A DNA stretch of 64,000 bases from an uncultured delta proteobacterium. GTDB taxonomy: Bacteria > Desulfobacterota > Desulfobacteria > Desulfobacterales > B30-G6. The translations under genes and the position numbers were made by a program. The DNA lies in NCBI GenBank assembly GCA_963823335.1, contig CAWGLD010000005.1:434831-498830 (forward strand), in the 5' to 3' direction. A model generated the notes under the pieces. That model was not told the DNA's origin. It saw only the letters and a list, made by a program, of their open reading frames with translations, and ran no database searches. Every line of letters begins with the position of its first letter. Position 1 is the first letter of the stretch. Positions 20,961-30,078 of this stretch are shown here, piece by piece.

Positions 20961-21680
20961 ATGCATTTGAAACGCGTGTCAATTTTGCCTGAAAAATATC
21001 CCAACAAAGATGTCTATCCTTTCAATCTGGATATTTTTCGTCATACGGATGTGATCGTCTTTGATTCCAATTTGACTTTTTTGGTTGGAGAGAATGGTAC
21101 CGGAAAGTCAACCCTGCTTGAGGCCATATCGCATCGATGTGGCTTTCATATCTGGCGGGGGCATAGTCGCTCACGCTATAACAGTAATCCATACGAAAAG
21201 GAACTGTATCGCTATATTTCGTTGGATTGGGAGAACGGTCGTGTGCCGGGATCATTTTTTGCGTCCGATATCTTTCGGAATTTCGCACGGAATCTGGACG
21301 AATGGGCGTCCATGGACCCTGCCATGCTGTCATATTTTGGGGGGAAATCCCTCATGTCCCAGTCACACGGGCAATCGTTGATGTCCTTGTTTCAGGCGCG
21401 ATACAAGATCAAGGGGCTCTATCTCCTGGATGAACCGGAGACCGCCCTTTCCCCCAAAAGTCAGTTTGAGCTTTTATCCGTTCTGAAACGAACCAGTAGT
21501 CAGGGGCATGCCCAGTTTGTTATTGCCACCCATTCACCCATTCTACTTGCCTGTCCAGGCGCCACTATTTTAAGTTTCGACCAAAATCCCATACGGGCGA
21601 TTGAATATGAAGAGACCGCATATTACAAGCTTTACAAGGCATTCATGGAGAATAGAGATCAGATGCTGTCCGAGCTATAA
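20961..21680 (+). CDS. AAA/ABC-type ATPase (predicted ATPase family)
   Basis: GENGTGKS, SHGQS, LLDEPETALSP, IATHSP. Confidence 0.88.
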   Translation: MHLKRVSILPEKYPNKDVYPFNLDIFRHTDVIVFDSNLTFLVGENGTGKSTLLEAISHRCGFHIWRGHSRSRYNSNPYEKELYRYISLDWENGRVPGSFFASDIFRNFARNLDEWASMDPAMLSYFGGKSLMSQSHGQSLMSLFQARYKIKGLYLLDEPETALSPKSQFELLSVLKRTSSQGHAQFVIATHSPILLACPGATILSFDQNPIRAIEYEETAYYKLYKAFMENRDQMLSEL

Positions 21681-21735
21681 TAAACCCTATCGTTGCATGA
21701 ACAACTTGGCAACGTTAGGGTAAAAAGGAGTGCCT

Positions 21736-22245
21736 ATGGATCTTCAGCCAATTGAAGAAATGAACCGGGAGGACTTGCAGAAATACACAGAATTCCTGTT
21801 GTGGCATTATCGGGTGATGGATGCTTTCTGGTTTATCAACGTAGGGGAGGCATTTGATCAACCCACCGCAGAGAGAATCAACGAGAAAGTCTGGCGTCGT
21901 GTATCTGGAATGGCATCCAAGGATCTGTTGAATCGATTCCAGATCAAGGAAAAAGGTCTGACAGGATTTGTGAAAGCGCTGAAGCTTTTCCCCTGGTGCA
22001 TTCTCGTGGGGTATCATATTCAAGAAAAACCCGATGAAGTTCTTATTACCGTTCCCTCCTGTCCCACTCAGGAGGCACGGCTGCGTCGTGGCCTGGATGA
22101 GTTTGTCTGCAAGGAAATGCATCGGGGTGAGTTTGAAGGATTTGCACACGAAATCGATCCCGAAATAATGGTGGAGTGTCAATTCGCTCCGCCTGATCCA
22201 CACCCCCCTGACATGTTTTGTCAGTGGCGATTTTATATGCGCTAA
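21736..22245 (+). CDS. DUF6125-like hypothetical protein (V4R-like Cys pattern)
   Basis: [32 protein letters not shown] after AAGGAG. Confidence 0.65.
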   Translation: MDLQPIEEMNREDLQKYTEFLLWHYRVMDAFWFINVGEAFDQPTAERINEKVWRRVSGMASKDLLNRFQIKEKGLTGFVKALKLFPWCILVGYHIQEKPDEVLITVPSCPTQEARLRRGLDEFVCKEMHRGEFEGFAHEIDPEIMVECQFAPPDPHPPDMFCQWRFYMR

Positions 22246-22420
22246 GTCTTAATCCATTTGCGGTCTATGGATTAGCAGATTGGCAATTGGGGAGTTTTTC
22301 GTGGTTTTGGAGAGAAAGAGGTAATCAGCGACGTCAAAGCGCAGACGCAAGAATAAAGTGTCGAAGAAGGTTTTAAAGCGGCAAGGCCGCGACAAATAAA
22401 TTCGCGCAACGAATTTATAT

Positions 22421-22855
22421 TTATATGGATTTACGCAGGTTAATAAAATTGCTGCGGTCGAATCCCATGGTCTTGAAGAAAGACAACAGGTCTGGCGAGT
22501 CCCATCTGACGGAGGTATATACGTTTTCAATACCTTCGGATTTATAGTATTCAAATATTTTTGTGGCCAGGTTTTTCCCGATATCTTGCCCCATGTACTC
22601 AGGTTTTACACCTAATGTGGCAATCCAGGCACTCTTCTCGATGCCAAATCCCAGTGTCAGAATATAGCTGATCATGAAGCCGACAATCTTCCCGTCGAGT
22701 TCCGCCACCAGACAGATATCTTCATCTCTTTGGGCATGCTGTTCAATGAGACGATTGAAATCAGGATGTACGGGTTTTTGAATGATACCGCCGTAGATTG
22801 CACTGATTTCAACAACGTCTTCTTTTATCATTTTTCTGATGGTGATATTTTTCAC
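22421..22855 (-). CDS. GNAT family N-acetyltransferase
   Basis: LVAELDGKIVGF, LGVKPEYMGQDIG, FFKTMGF. Confidence 0.85.
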   Translation of the reverse strand: MKNITIRKMIKEDVVEISAIYGGIIQKPVHPDFNRLIEQHAQRDEDICLVAELDGKIVGFMISYILTLGFGIEKSAWIATLGVKPEYMGQDIGKNLATKIFEYYKSEGIENVYTSVRWDSPDLLSFFKTMGFDRSNFINLRKSI

Positions 22856-22881
22856 AAAAAGATCCTTTTCAGATAAACAGG

Positions 22882-23070
22882 TTAATCGATCCGAATGATC
22901 TTGACTTGGTGCCCGACCCAGTTCGGGGGAAGATATACCCGGCCACTGTTGCCACTGGACTTGACTTTTTTCTCGATCATCTCTTCGCCGTAAATTTCAA
23001 ACTTGACCTTGGCTCTTGTCATATCGTTTTCGGCATTCTGGTTGGCCATTGATTTATTCCCCGAAGTCAT
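22882..23070 (-). CDS. DUF2080-family small AbrB-like protein
   Basis: IEKKVKSSGNSGRVYLPPNWVGHQVKIIRID. Confidence 0.8.
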   Translation of the reverse strand: MTSGNKSMANQNAENDMTRAKVKFEIYGEEMIEKKVKSSGNSGRVYLPPNWVGHQVKIIRID

Positions 23071-23202
23071 AATTTATCAAACTTTTATCAATAACAGCAG
23101 AGGGTGCCGCATACCTCACTATAGCGGAACAGCATCTTCCTTGTAGCTACGGAAACCTCGACAATCGCTCAACAAGGATCTATATTTATTATTAAAATAA
23201 CT

Positions 23203-23351
23203 AATGTTCGTCCAGAAATGAGGATTTTTGCGTGAGATCAAGGCGGACGACGGATTTAACGCGGAGCAATAGCACACAAGCTATTTTGCGGAGTTAAATC
23301 GCTATCCCTATTGCCGATATCGCGGAAAAAGGCCATTTGTGGATGGGCATT
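23203..23351. mobile_element. MITE of about 149 bp, copy 2 (inverted), 4-bp TSD AACT
   Basis: TIRs AATGTTCGTCCAGAAATG / CATTTGTGGATGGGCATT; AACT at 23199-23202 and 23352-23355. Confidence 0.8.
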
Positions 23352-23412
23352 AACTAACACTTCTCATGGGGGTGGTCAAGAAATATTAGCTGTTATTTAG
23401 CTGTATCGTAGC

Positions 23413-23459
23413 ATCAGAGCGTTTATCATCTGAAGCGTTCAGATGATAAACGCTCTGAT
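23413..23459. repeat. Perfect 22-bp inverted repeat with a 3-nt loop
   Basis: ATCAGAGCGTTTATCATCTGAA-GCG-TTCAGATGATAAACGCTCTGAT. Confidence 0.9.
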
Positions 23460-23755
23460 CTGTCGCGGCTTCGCCGCTAATCGGGATTGCTGGTTTTATG
23501 AACCACAACAGCGAGCGCATTCCCCGTAGGTTCTGCCGTTCGGCAGTGCTGCGCATGCTGCGAGGTTCTTCAATTCATTGAGCGTGTCTAATGACTTGCT
23601 TTTTTATGGCTTATGATTTAAACCGGTTCGAAAACTGAGACACAACCAGCGCTACAATTTGGAATGTAGTACAGGGCTTTAGCCCTGCCAAGACAAATTG
23701 CTGTCAGGTCTTAAGCTCCGTAATTTTGAAACAGCTTCATGAAAAAGGAGTGCCC

Positions 23756-24889
23756 ATGCACAAAGATATCGCGTTAATTATAGAACGGTTTCAAAAAGCG
23801 GCCAAGGACCCAGGGGCTTATGCACGGAGTTGGAAAGAAAAAAACCAGAAGGATGTTATCGGTTACTTTTGTTCCTACGCACCTGAAGAGATTATCTTGG
23901 CTACAGGTGCGTTACCCTTCAGAATATTTGGCGTCCAAAAGCAGATATCATTGGCTGATGCCCATCTTCAAGCATACAGTTGCAGTCTGGTACGTGGTGC
24001 CCTTGAGGACGCCCTTTCCGGTGGTCTTGATTTCTTGAAAGGGACCGTGTTTCCGCATACCTGCGATTCTGTTATGCGTTTATCCGATATCTGGCGTATG
24101 AACCTGGGGTTCGACTTCCATATCGATGTGGTGCTGCCTGTGAAGCTCAATACCCAAAACGCACGAGAATACATGGTCGATGTGATGCGAAAATTCAAAC
24201 GCGACCTTGAAAGAGAAATGAAGACAGAAATAACCGATGAGCAAATCGGATCATCCATAAAAACGATAAATCGGATTCGAGAACTTCTTCGTGAACTATA
24301 TGATATCAAGTGTCAACAACCGCTGATACTTTCAGGGTCGGAATTAAATGTCATTGTCAAAGGGTGTATGATTATGGACCGACAAGAAGTGCGGGAGATG
24401 CTTGAGGATCTTTTAGAGCATTTCAAGACCTTGGATACAATGGTTCCTTCAGAGGGCAAACGGCTTTTACTTGCCGGCGGTTTATGCAATATGCCTGATA
24501 TTTTCAAAATTGTCGAATCTTCCGGTGGCTTCATTGTATCGGATGATTTTTGCACAGGGTCACGCTATGTTGACGGGCAGGTTCCTATACATGATGATAT
24601 GATGACGGCAATTGCGGATCGGTACGCTGAACGGGTTGTATGCCCGGCCAAGCATGCCGCGCTCTATTCAAGAGGGGATCATGTGTTGCGGCTTGCCAGA
24701 GAAAAGGATGTGGATGGGGTTATCTTTTTATATCTCAAGTTTTGCGATCCTCATGCATTTGATTATCCTTACATGAAAGCGATGCTTGACAATGAGAACA
24801 TACCGAGCATGTTGTTTGAAATCGAAGATCAATTGCTCTCTGAGGGCCAGTTCAAGACCAGGTGTGAGGCATTTATCGAAATGTTATAA
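23756..24889 (+). CDS. 2-hydroxyacyl-CoA dehydratase / class I BCR family subunit (HgdB/BzdN/BcrC-like)
   Basis: IGYFCSYAPEEII, HTCD, DDFCTGSR, KFCDPHAFDYP, TRCEAFIEML; ATG after AAGGAG. Confidence 0.85.
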   Translation: MHKDIALIIERFQKAAKDPGAYARSWKEKNQKDVIGYFCSYAPEEIILATGALPFRIFGVQKQISLADAHLQAYSCSLVRGALEDALSGGLDFLKGTVFPHTCDSVMRLSDIWRMNLGFDFHIDVVLPVKLNTQNAREYMVDVMRKFKRDLEREMKTEITDEQIGSSIKTINRIRELLRELYDIKCQQPLILSGSELNVIVKGCMIMDRQEVREMLEDLLEHFKTLDTMVPSEGKRLLLAGGLCNMPDIFKIVESSGGFIVSDDFCTGSRYVDGQVPIHDDMMTAIADRYAERVVCPAKHAALYSRGDHVLRLAREKDVDGVIFLYLKFCDPHAFDYPYMKAMLDNENIPSMLFEIEDQLLSEGQFKTRCEAFIEML

Positions 24890-24921
24890 AATTGCATGGC
24901 AAATTTATAACATCTGACTAT

Positions 24922-25060
24922 AAGCCATCTCAAAAAAAGGGTTTTGGCTCAAGTTCAAGGCGGGCCCGAACTTCAACCCGCAGGCATACTGCAGTATTCC
25001 GAGGAGTTGAAGCAAGGGACCAACACAGAAATTGGGTAAAAAACTTTTTTGAGATAGCTT
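24922..25060. mobile_element. MITE-like element between the two dehydratase-family genes
   Basis: TIRs AAGCCATCTCAAAAA / TTTTTGAGATAGCTT; flanks CTAT/CTAA (imperfect TSD). Confidence 0.6.
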
Positions 25061-25143
25061 CTAATTCATCGTTGCGTTTTATATAAGCGCCAACATTTTA
25101 TCTCTATCGAATATCAAGCGTGAGTCCGCAAAAGAGGGAAGTG

Positions 25144-26379
25144 ATGACCGAAAAGGAAAAAATACGGGATCCGGAGAAAGAAAAACGCAAGATCAAGTCT
25201 GTCAAGCAGATGAAAGATATCATGACTCAATATTATATCGAGGCAAAGACAGCAGCGGAAGTCGGAAAAAAAGTTGCCTGGATTACCAGTGGCGGACCCG
25301 TCGAACCGCTGATCGCCATGGATGTCATTCCGGTTTACCCGGAAAATCACGGTGCCATGATCGGGGCTTCAAAAATGGGTGTCGATCTGTGTGAAAAAGC
25401 CGAGGAGATGGGCTACTCAAGGGATCTTTGTTCCTACGCCATGGCGGATATTGCTTGTGCACCTATAAACGGGGGCCCCATTGGCGGTCTGCCCAAACCC
25501 GATATGCTGGTTTGCAGCACCAATATTTGCGGAACGGTTCTCAAATGGTATGAGATCCAGGCCCGACTATTCAATGTGCCGCTATTTATTTTGGATACTC
25601 CTTTTTGCCACACGGAATATTCAGATGAAGCCAGAAAATATGTTCGAAATCAGTTTGATGAATATGCCCAATTCTTGACAAATACATGTGGTAAATCATT
25701 TGATTACGATCGGCTGAAGGAAGTGGGTAAACTTTCACTCGAAGCCCAACGTCTATGGCAGGCTGTTCTGGACAGCTGTGTGCATAAACCTTCGCCCATG
25801 AGTGCCTTTGATGCATTTATGCACCTGGCACTTATTGTAACACTACGGGGAAAGCAGGTTACCATTGATTACTACCGGAACCTGCTAAATGAAATGAAAG
25901 AAAGAATCGCCCAGAGCATTTCAGCGGTGCCCAATGAACGCTACCGCTTGTTGTGGGATAATCTACCGGTCTGGTTTCGGACACGATGGTTGTCGGATAA
26001 GTTCGCCTCCCATAATGCCTGCCTGGTTGCCGATACGTACACATCAGCCTGGTGTGCTGCCATGGAATACATTGATGAAGATAACTTTCTGGACAGTATG
26101 GCCGAGAGTCATACGCGTATATACCTCAATATCGGTGTCGACGTGATGGCCAAAAGTATTTTACGGATGATCGACAAATATGATGTCGACGGTTTTGTCT
26201 TGCATTCCAACCGAAGCTGCAAACCTTACTCTTTGGGTCAATACGATATTCAAAAAATTATCCAAAAGGAAAGAGGCATCCCCACATTGATGATTGAAGC
26301 GGATATGGTGGATGAACGGAATTTTTCCGAGGGCCAGGTAGAGACCCGTATCGATGCGTTCATGGAAAATTTATTATGA
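25144..26379 (+). CDS. 2-hydroxyacyl-CoA dehydratase / class I BCR family subunit (HgdA/BzdO/BcrB-like)
   Basis: YPENHGA, DLCSY, NICGTVLKWY, HSNRSCKP, TRIDAFME. Confidence 0.87.
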   Translation: MTEKEKIRDPEKEKRKIKSVKQMKDIMTQYYIEAKTAAEVGKKVAWITSGGPVEPLIAMDVIPVYPENHGAMIGASKMGVDLCEKAEEMGYSRDLCSYAMADIACAPINGGPIGGLPKPDMLVCSTNICGTVLKWYEIQARLFNVPLFILDTPFCHTEYSDEARKYVRNQFDEYAQFLTNTCGKSFDYDRLKEVGKLSLEAQRLWQAVLDSCVHKPSPMSAFDAFMHLALIVTLRGKQVTIDYYRNLLNEMKERIAQSISAVPNERYRLLWDNLPVWFRTRWLSDKFASHNACLVADTYTSAWCAAMEYIDEDNFLDSMAESHTRIYLNIGVDVMAKSILRMIDKYDVDGFVLHSNRSCKPYSLGQYDIQKIIQKERGIPTLMIEADMVDERNFSEGQVETRIDAFMENLL

Positions 26380-26431
26380 TTTTTCAATCATAATAAATTT
26401 TGGTGCGGTTTTGCCACTGATTTTTCTTGTG

Positions 26432-26594
26432 AACCGAAAAAGCGAGCGAATTCCCCGTAGGTTCTGCCGTTCGGCAGTGCTTGGCATGCTGCGGGGTTAG
26501 CGAGCGAATCTAAATTAGACAGAATTCCTTACGGTCGCTGCGAAGCACTGCCGTAAGGCAGAACATTCCTCGTAGCTTGCTGCGAGGTTCTTCA
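26432..26594. repeat. GCGAGCG(A/C)ATTCCCCG family intergenic repeat (composite copy)
   Basis: AACCGAAAAAGCGAGCGAATTCCCCGTAGGTTCTGCCGTTCGGCAG...GCTGCGAGGTTCTTCAAT; related copies at 23501-23575, 33517-33558, 54774-54810. Confidence 0.75.
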
Positions 26595-26642
26595 ATGATA
26601 GCTGAATAGAATCGCATAGCCATTCTATTGGGGGAATAGAGA

Positions 26643-27404
26643 GTGCTAACAATAGGAATCGATGTGGGTTCGATTACCACGAAGGCCGCAGTTGTGGTAG
26701 ATGGTGAGTTGAAACTGTCAAAGATAGAATCAACAGGGTATGATGCGAAAAAGTCGGCCAATACGGTTTTTAAACAGGTATTGGAAGAATTGAAACTCAG
26801 ACGGGATGACATTCAGGGAATTGTGTCCACGGGTTACGGCCGAAACAGTGTATCCTTTGCGAACAAAGCTATTACCGAAATCACCTGTCATGCTGCGGGA
26901 GCATTTTTTATCAATCCGGAAATTCGCTCCGTGATCGATATTGGCGGCCAAGATAGCAAGGTTATTCTACTGAATGAGAAAGGTCGCGTATCGGACTTTG
27001 CCATGAATGATAAATGTGCCGCAGGAACCGGTCGATTTTTGGAGGTTATGGCACGGGCGCTCGAAATTGAGCTGGAACACTTTGGTGAGATGTCATTAAA
27101 ATCACGAACGCCTTCTCAAATAAGCAGTCTGTGCACGGTCTTTGCGGAATCAGAAGTAATATCATTAATTGCCAAGGGTGAAAAACGGGAAAATATCGTT
27201 GCCGGGATCCATGATGCCATCGGGGCCAGGGTTGCCTCAATGGCTAAACGAGTCAAGATAGTGGCCCCGGTGATGATGACCGGTGGTGTTGCTAAGAATA
27301 AAGGTCTGGTAAAGGCACTTGAAAAAAGATTGATGCAAGATATCCTGATAACTGAATCGGCCCAGGTTGTTGGCGCTATAGGTGCTGCATTATTGGCTCG
27401 ATAA
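26643..27404 (+). CDS. CoA-substrate-specific enzyme activase (HgdC/BzdQ/BcrAD ASKHA ATPase)
   Basis: GIDVGS, TGYGR, DIGGQDSK, MNDKCAAGTGRFLE, CTVFAESEVIS, GGVAKN. Confidence 0.93.
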   Translation: MLTIGIDVGSITTKAAVVVDGELKLSKIESTGYDAKKSANTVFKQVLEELKLRRDDIQGIVSTGYGRNSVSFANKAITEITCHAAGAFFINPEIRSVIDIGGQDSKVILLNEKGRVSDFAMNDKCAAGTGRFLEVMARALEIELEHFGEMSLKSRTPSQISSLCTVFAESEVISLIAKGEKRENIVAGIHDAIGARVASMAKRVKIVAPVMMTGGVAKNKGLVKALEKRLMQDILITESAQVVGAIGAALLAR

Positions 27405-27418
27405 AGTGGTATTTACTT

Positions 27419-29532
27419 TTACTCTTTCAATATGTGAAACGCGATATCAATTTCAGTGCCATTGGTTCTGTTGATCTGTAGATCTCCTTTTAACTGCGTC
27501 AAAACAAGATCCCGGACCAGTTTTATTCCCAAAGTTTCCGTTTTGTCGATATCGACATGATCAGGGATCCCGATACCGTTGTCCGTGATGTTCAGATGAA
27601 GTCTTGGGCCTTTTATCTCCTCAAGTGATATTGAAATTTTGCCACTGTTTAATCCGTCAAAGGCGTGTTTGTAGGCGTTGGAGATAATTTCGTTGACAAC
27701 CAGTGCGCAGGGGATGGCTTGGGTGACGGACAAATAGATATCCTCAACCTTGATGTTGAGACGTATATCCCTGTCACTCTGATGCATCTGTGCCAACTGA
27801 GCAATTAGGTCCCGAATATACCGGCCCATATTGATTTCATCAAACCGGTCGCTTTGATAGAGTTGCGAATGTATCAGTGACATGGTGAATATTTTAGCAT
27901 GTGCTTCTGAAAGCATATCTTCGGTTTCGGGATGTTTTGCGCGACGTTTACTCATGTCTAATAGACTCGAAATGACCTGCAGGTTGTTTTTTACCCTGTG
28001 GTGAACTTCTTTGATAAGCACATCCTTTTCCTTGATGGATGTCCTGAGTCGATTTTCGGTTTTCAACCTTTCCGCGATTTCCAGGTTCAGTTCACGGTTC
28101 AGTTCCTCCAATTCGGATGTTCGTTTCTCCACACGAAGCTCGAGGTCATCGTGTGAGCGCTGAAGCTCTTCTTGGATGGCTCGTAGTTTTTGAAAAGAGC
28201 GGACATTGTTGATGCCGACCGCTATCTGAGAGGCCACGCCGATCAGGAAGCTCATATCACTCTGCGTTAGCTGCTTTTTCATTTCGATATTTTCAACCAC
28301 CAGAATGCCAAGACTCATTTTTTCGTAAATTATGGGAACGCAAATAATCGATTTGGTTCCAATTTGCTTAAATAAATCCATATCCACGGATTCATTTTCT
28401 TCTAAACGGCCCATCCGATTCTGCAGGCATGGCTCTTGCGAACGGAAAGCATTTATGATGACACTGTTGTGACTGATGTCGTTTTCGTTGAAATTCGCAG
28501 AGACGAGAGTCCCTTTCATTTCATTCTCATAGCCAATACCTGTGTGGTAGCGGAGAGTTTCACGTGTTTCATTCGCCAACAGTATCATTGCGCGGTCGTA
28601 TGTGAGATGCCGCATGATGCTTTCCATCACGTCCCGGATCAATAGGTCGATGTCAACAATCGTCGATGTCACCTGCCCAATTTCTTGGACCAGTAAGGAA
28701 TTACTATGGCGAATGTTGATTTCGTTGACCAGTTCTTTGGCGGCATTGCCCTGTGCTTTAATGGTATTGTACAGTTCCTTTTTTTCAATTTTTTCGGAAT
28801 AGTTTGAAAGAAGTAAAGCGATGAAGATGAGACTCAAGATTAAAATGATCCAGATATTGAAAGAGAGGAAGAAAAAAGAGAATGGGGCCTGATAAAGCGA
28901 TGCCAAAGAAGCAGATAGTTTCTAAACAATTTCAGCACTAAGGAGGGCGTTTTATCCCATTCAATAACATATCGACAGTGTTTGTCACCGTTGTGAAAGC
29001 AGTGTGTTTCATTGATGTTGGCATATTGGCCGGTGAATGCTTTTGCGAGAGATTCAAAAGTTCCTTTCCTATTTAAACATTGGTAGGGTTTTTCAACGGT
29101 CTTTTTACTGGGTGTTACAGTGATTTCTACCTTATTTGGACCTAATTTGATTGCGTTTGCTTTGGCTCCCCTGGTCATAATACGGTAAAATGTTTCGACC
29201 ATCAAATATACTGACAAGGGGTTCATTAAACCTAAACCATACTGTTTCACCGCTCCAGCGCTTTCGGAAGATGTAATAAAACGACCGACTTCTCTTGGGA
29301 GATCTGGATTTCCTGACTCTTTAACAGCGTGTTCATGAAAACGGTCGACCTGTGTTTGTGTAAACCAGTGCCCAGGATCCTCAACTTCGTAGCGGGTCAT
29401 CCCGGAATATTCCAAGATAGTGTCTATCTTGATATCCGGATAGAATTTCTGAAGATACTCGACATATGTATTGGTGATCCGGCTGCTGTACAGGGGCACA
29501 TCATCTTGCTGTTTCATAGAATTATCTGGCAT
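27419..29532 (-). pseudogene. Sensor histidine kinase (H-NOX/V4R-like N-terminus, TM, GAF, HisKA_2), frameshifted near 28840-28910
   Basis: Overlapping ORFs 28840..29532 and 27419..28906; EVHHRVKNNLQ, NEIISNAYKHAF, DNGIG. The junction lies in a T-rich TM-coding stretch and may be a sequencing indel. Confidence 0.7.
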
Positions 29533-29549
29533 CTGTTTGTAGCGTTAAT

Positions 29550-30074
29550 CTATTTTATCGAAATCTCAAAAAGAGGGTGTTCAACTTGGTCGATTACACG
29601 TATCGATGTTCTACCAACACGCTGAACTTTTAGCAGCATAAAAGGGCTTGTCACTGTCTGGGTCAACAAAACGCCTTCATCCGGAACTTTCCAGAAAATA
29701 TTGATAACAGCCTGCTTATGAATCACACGAGACAAAGAGGGGCTGAAGTCAATTGCATATCCACCCGTCGGCTTTTGGCCCATTTCCAGAAATAATACAC
29801 CATATACATCAAAATCAATATCCGGTGGTGCTACAGCATCTTTTAAATGGCGTTTGTTCAAATTGGAATATACTTGTTCCAGGTCCAGACGATTTGTGAT
29901 CCAAAGAGCGGAAGGGCCATGCATCGTACGTGTGCCGTATACACCGCTGTATAGCAGTTCTGCAGGCTTTGAGCCATCACCGGCGCTATCCTGTTGCGTA
30001 AGCAGGCAACCTGAAAGCAACCCTAAAAGAATGATCAGGAGAAATCGAAAATATCGAAAGATTGTATTTCTCAT
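29550..30074 (-). CDS. Lipoprotein with PrcB C-terminal-like domain
   Basis: Lipobox LLSGC; MGQKPTGGYAI and TQTVTSPF motifs. Confidence 0.7.
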   Translation of the reverse strand: MRNTIFRYFRFLLIILLGLLSGCLLTQQDSAGDGSKPAELLYSGVYGTRTMHGPSALWITNRLDLEQVYSNLNKRHLKDAVAPPDIDFDVYGVLFLEMGQKPTGGYAIDFSPSLSRVIHKQAVINIFWKVPDEGVLLTQTVTSPFMLLKVQRVGRTSIRVIDQVEHPLFEISIK

Positions 30075-30078
30075 ACGC

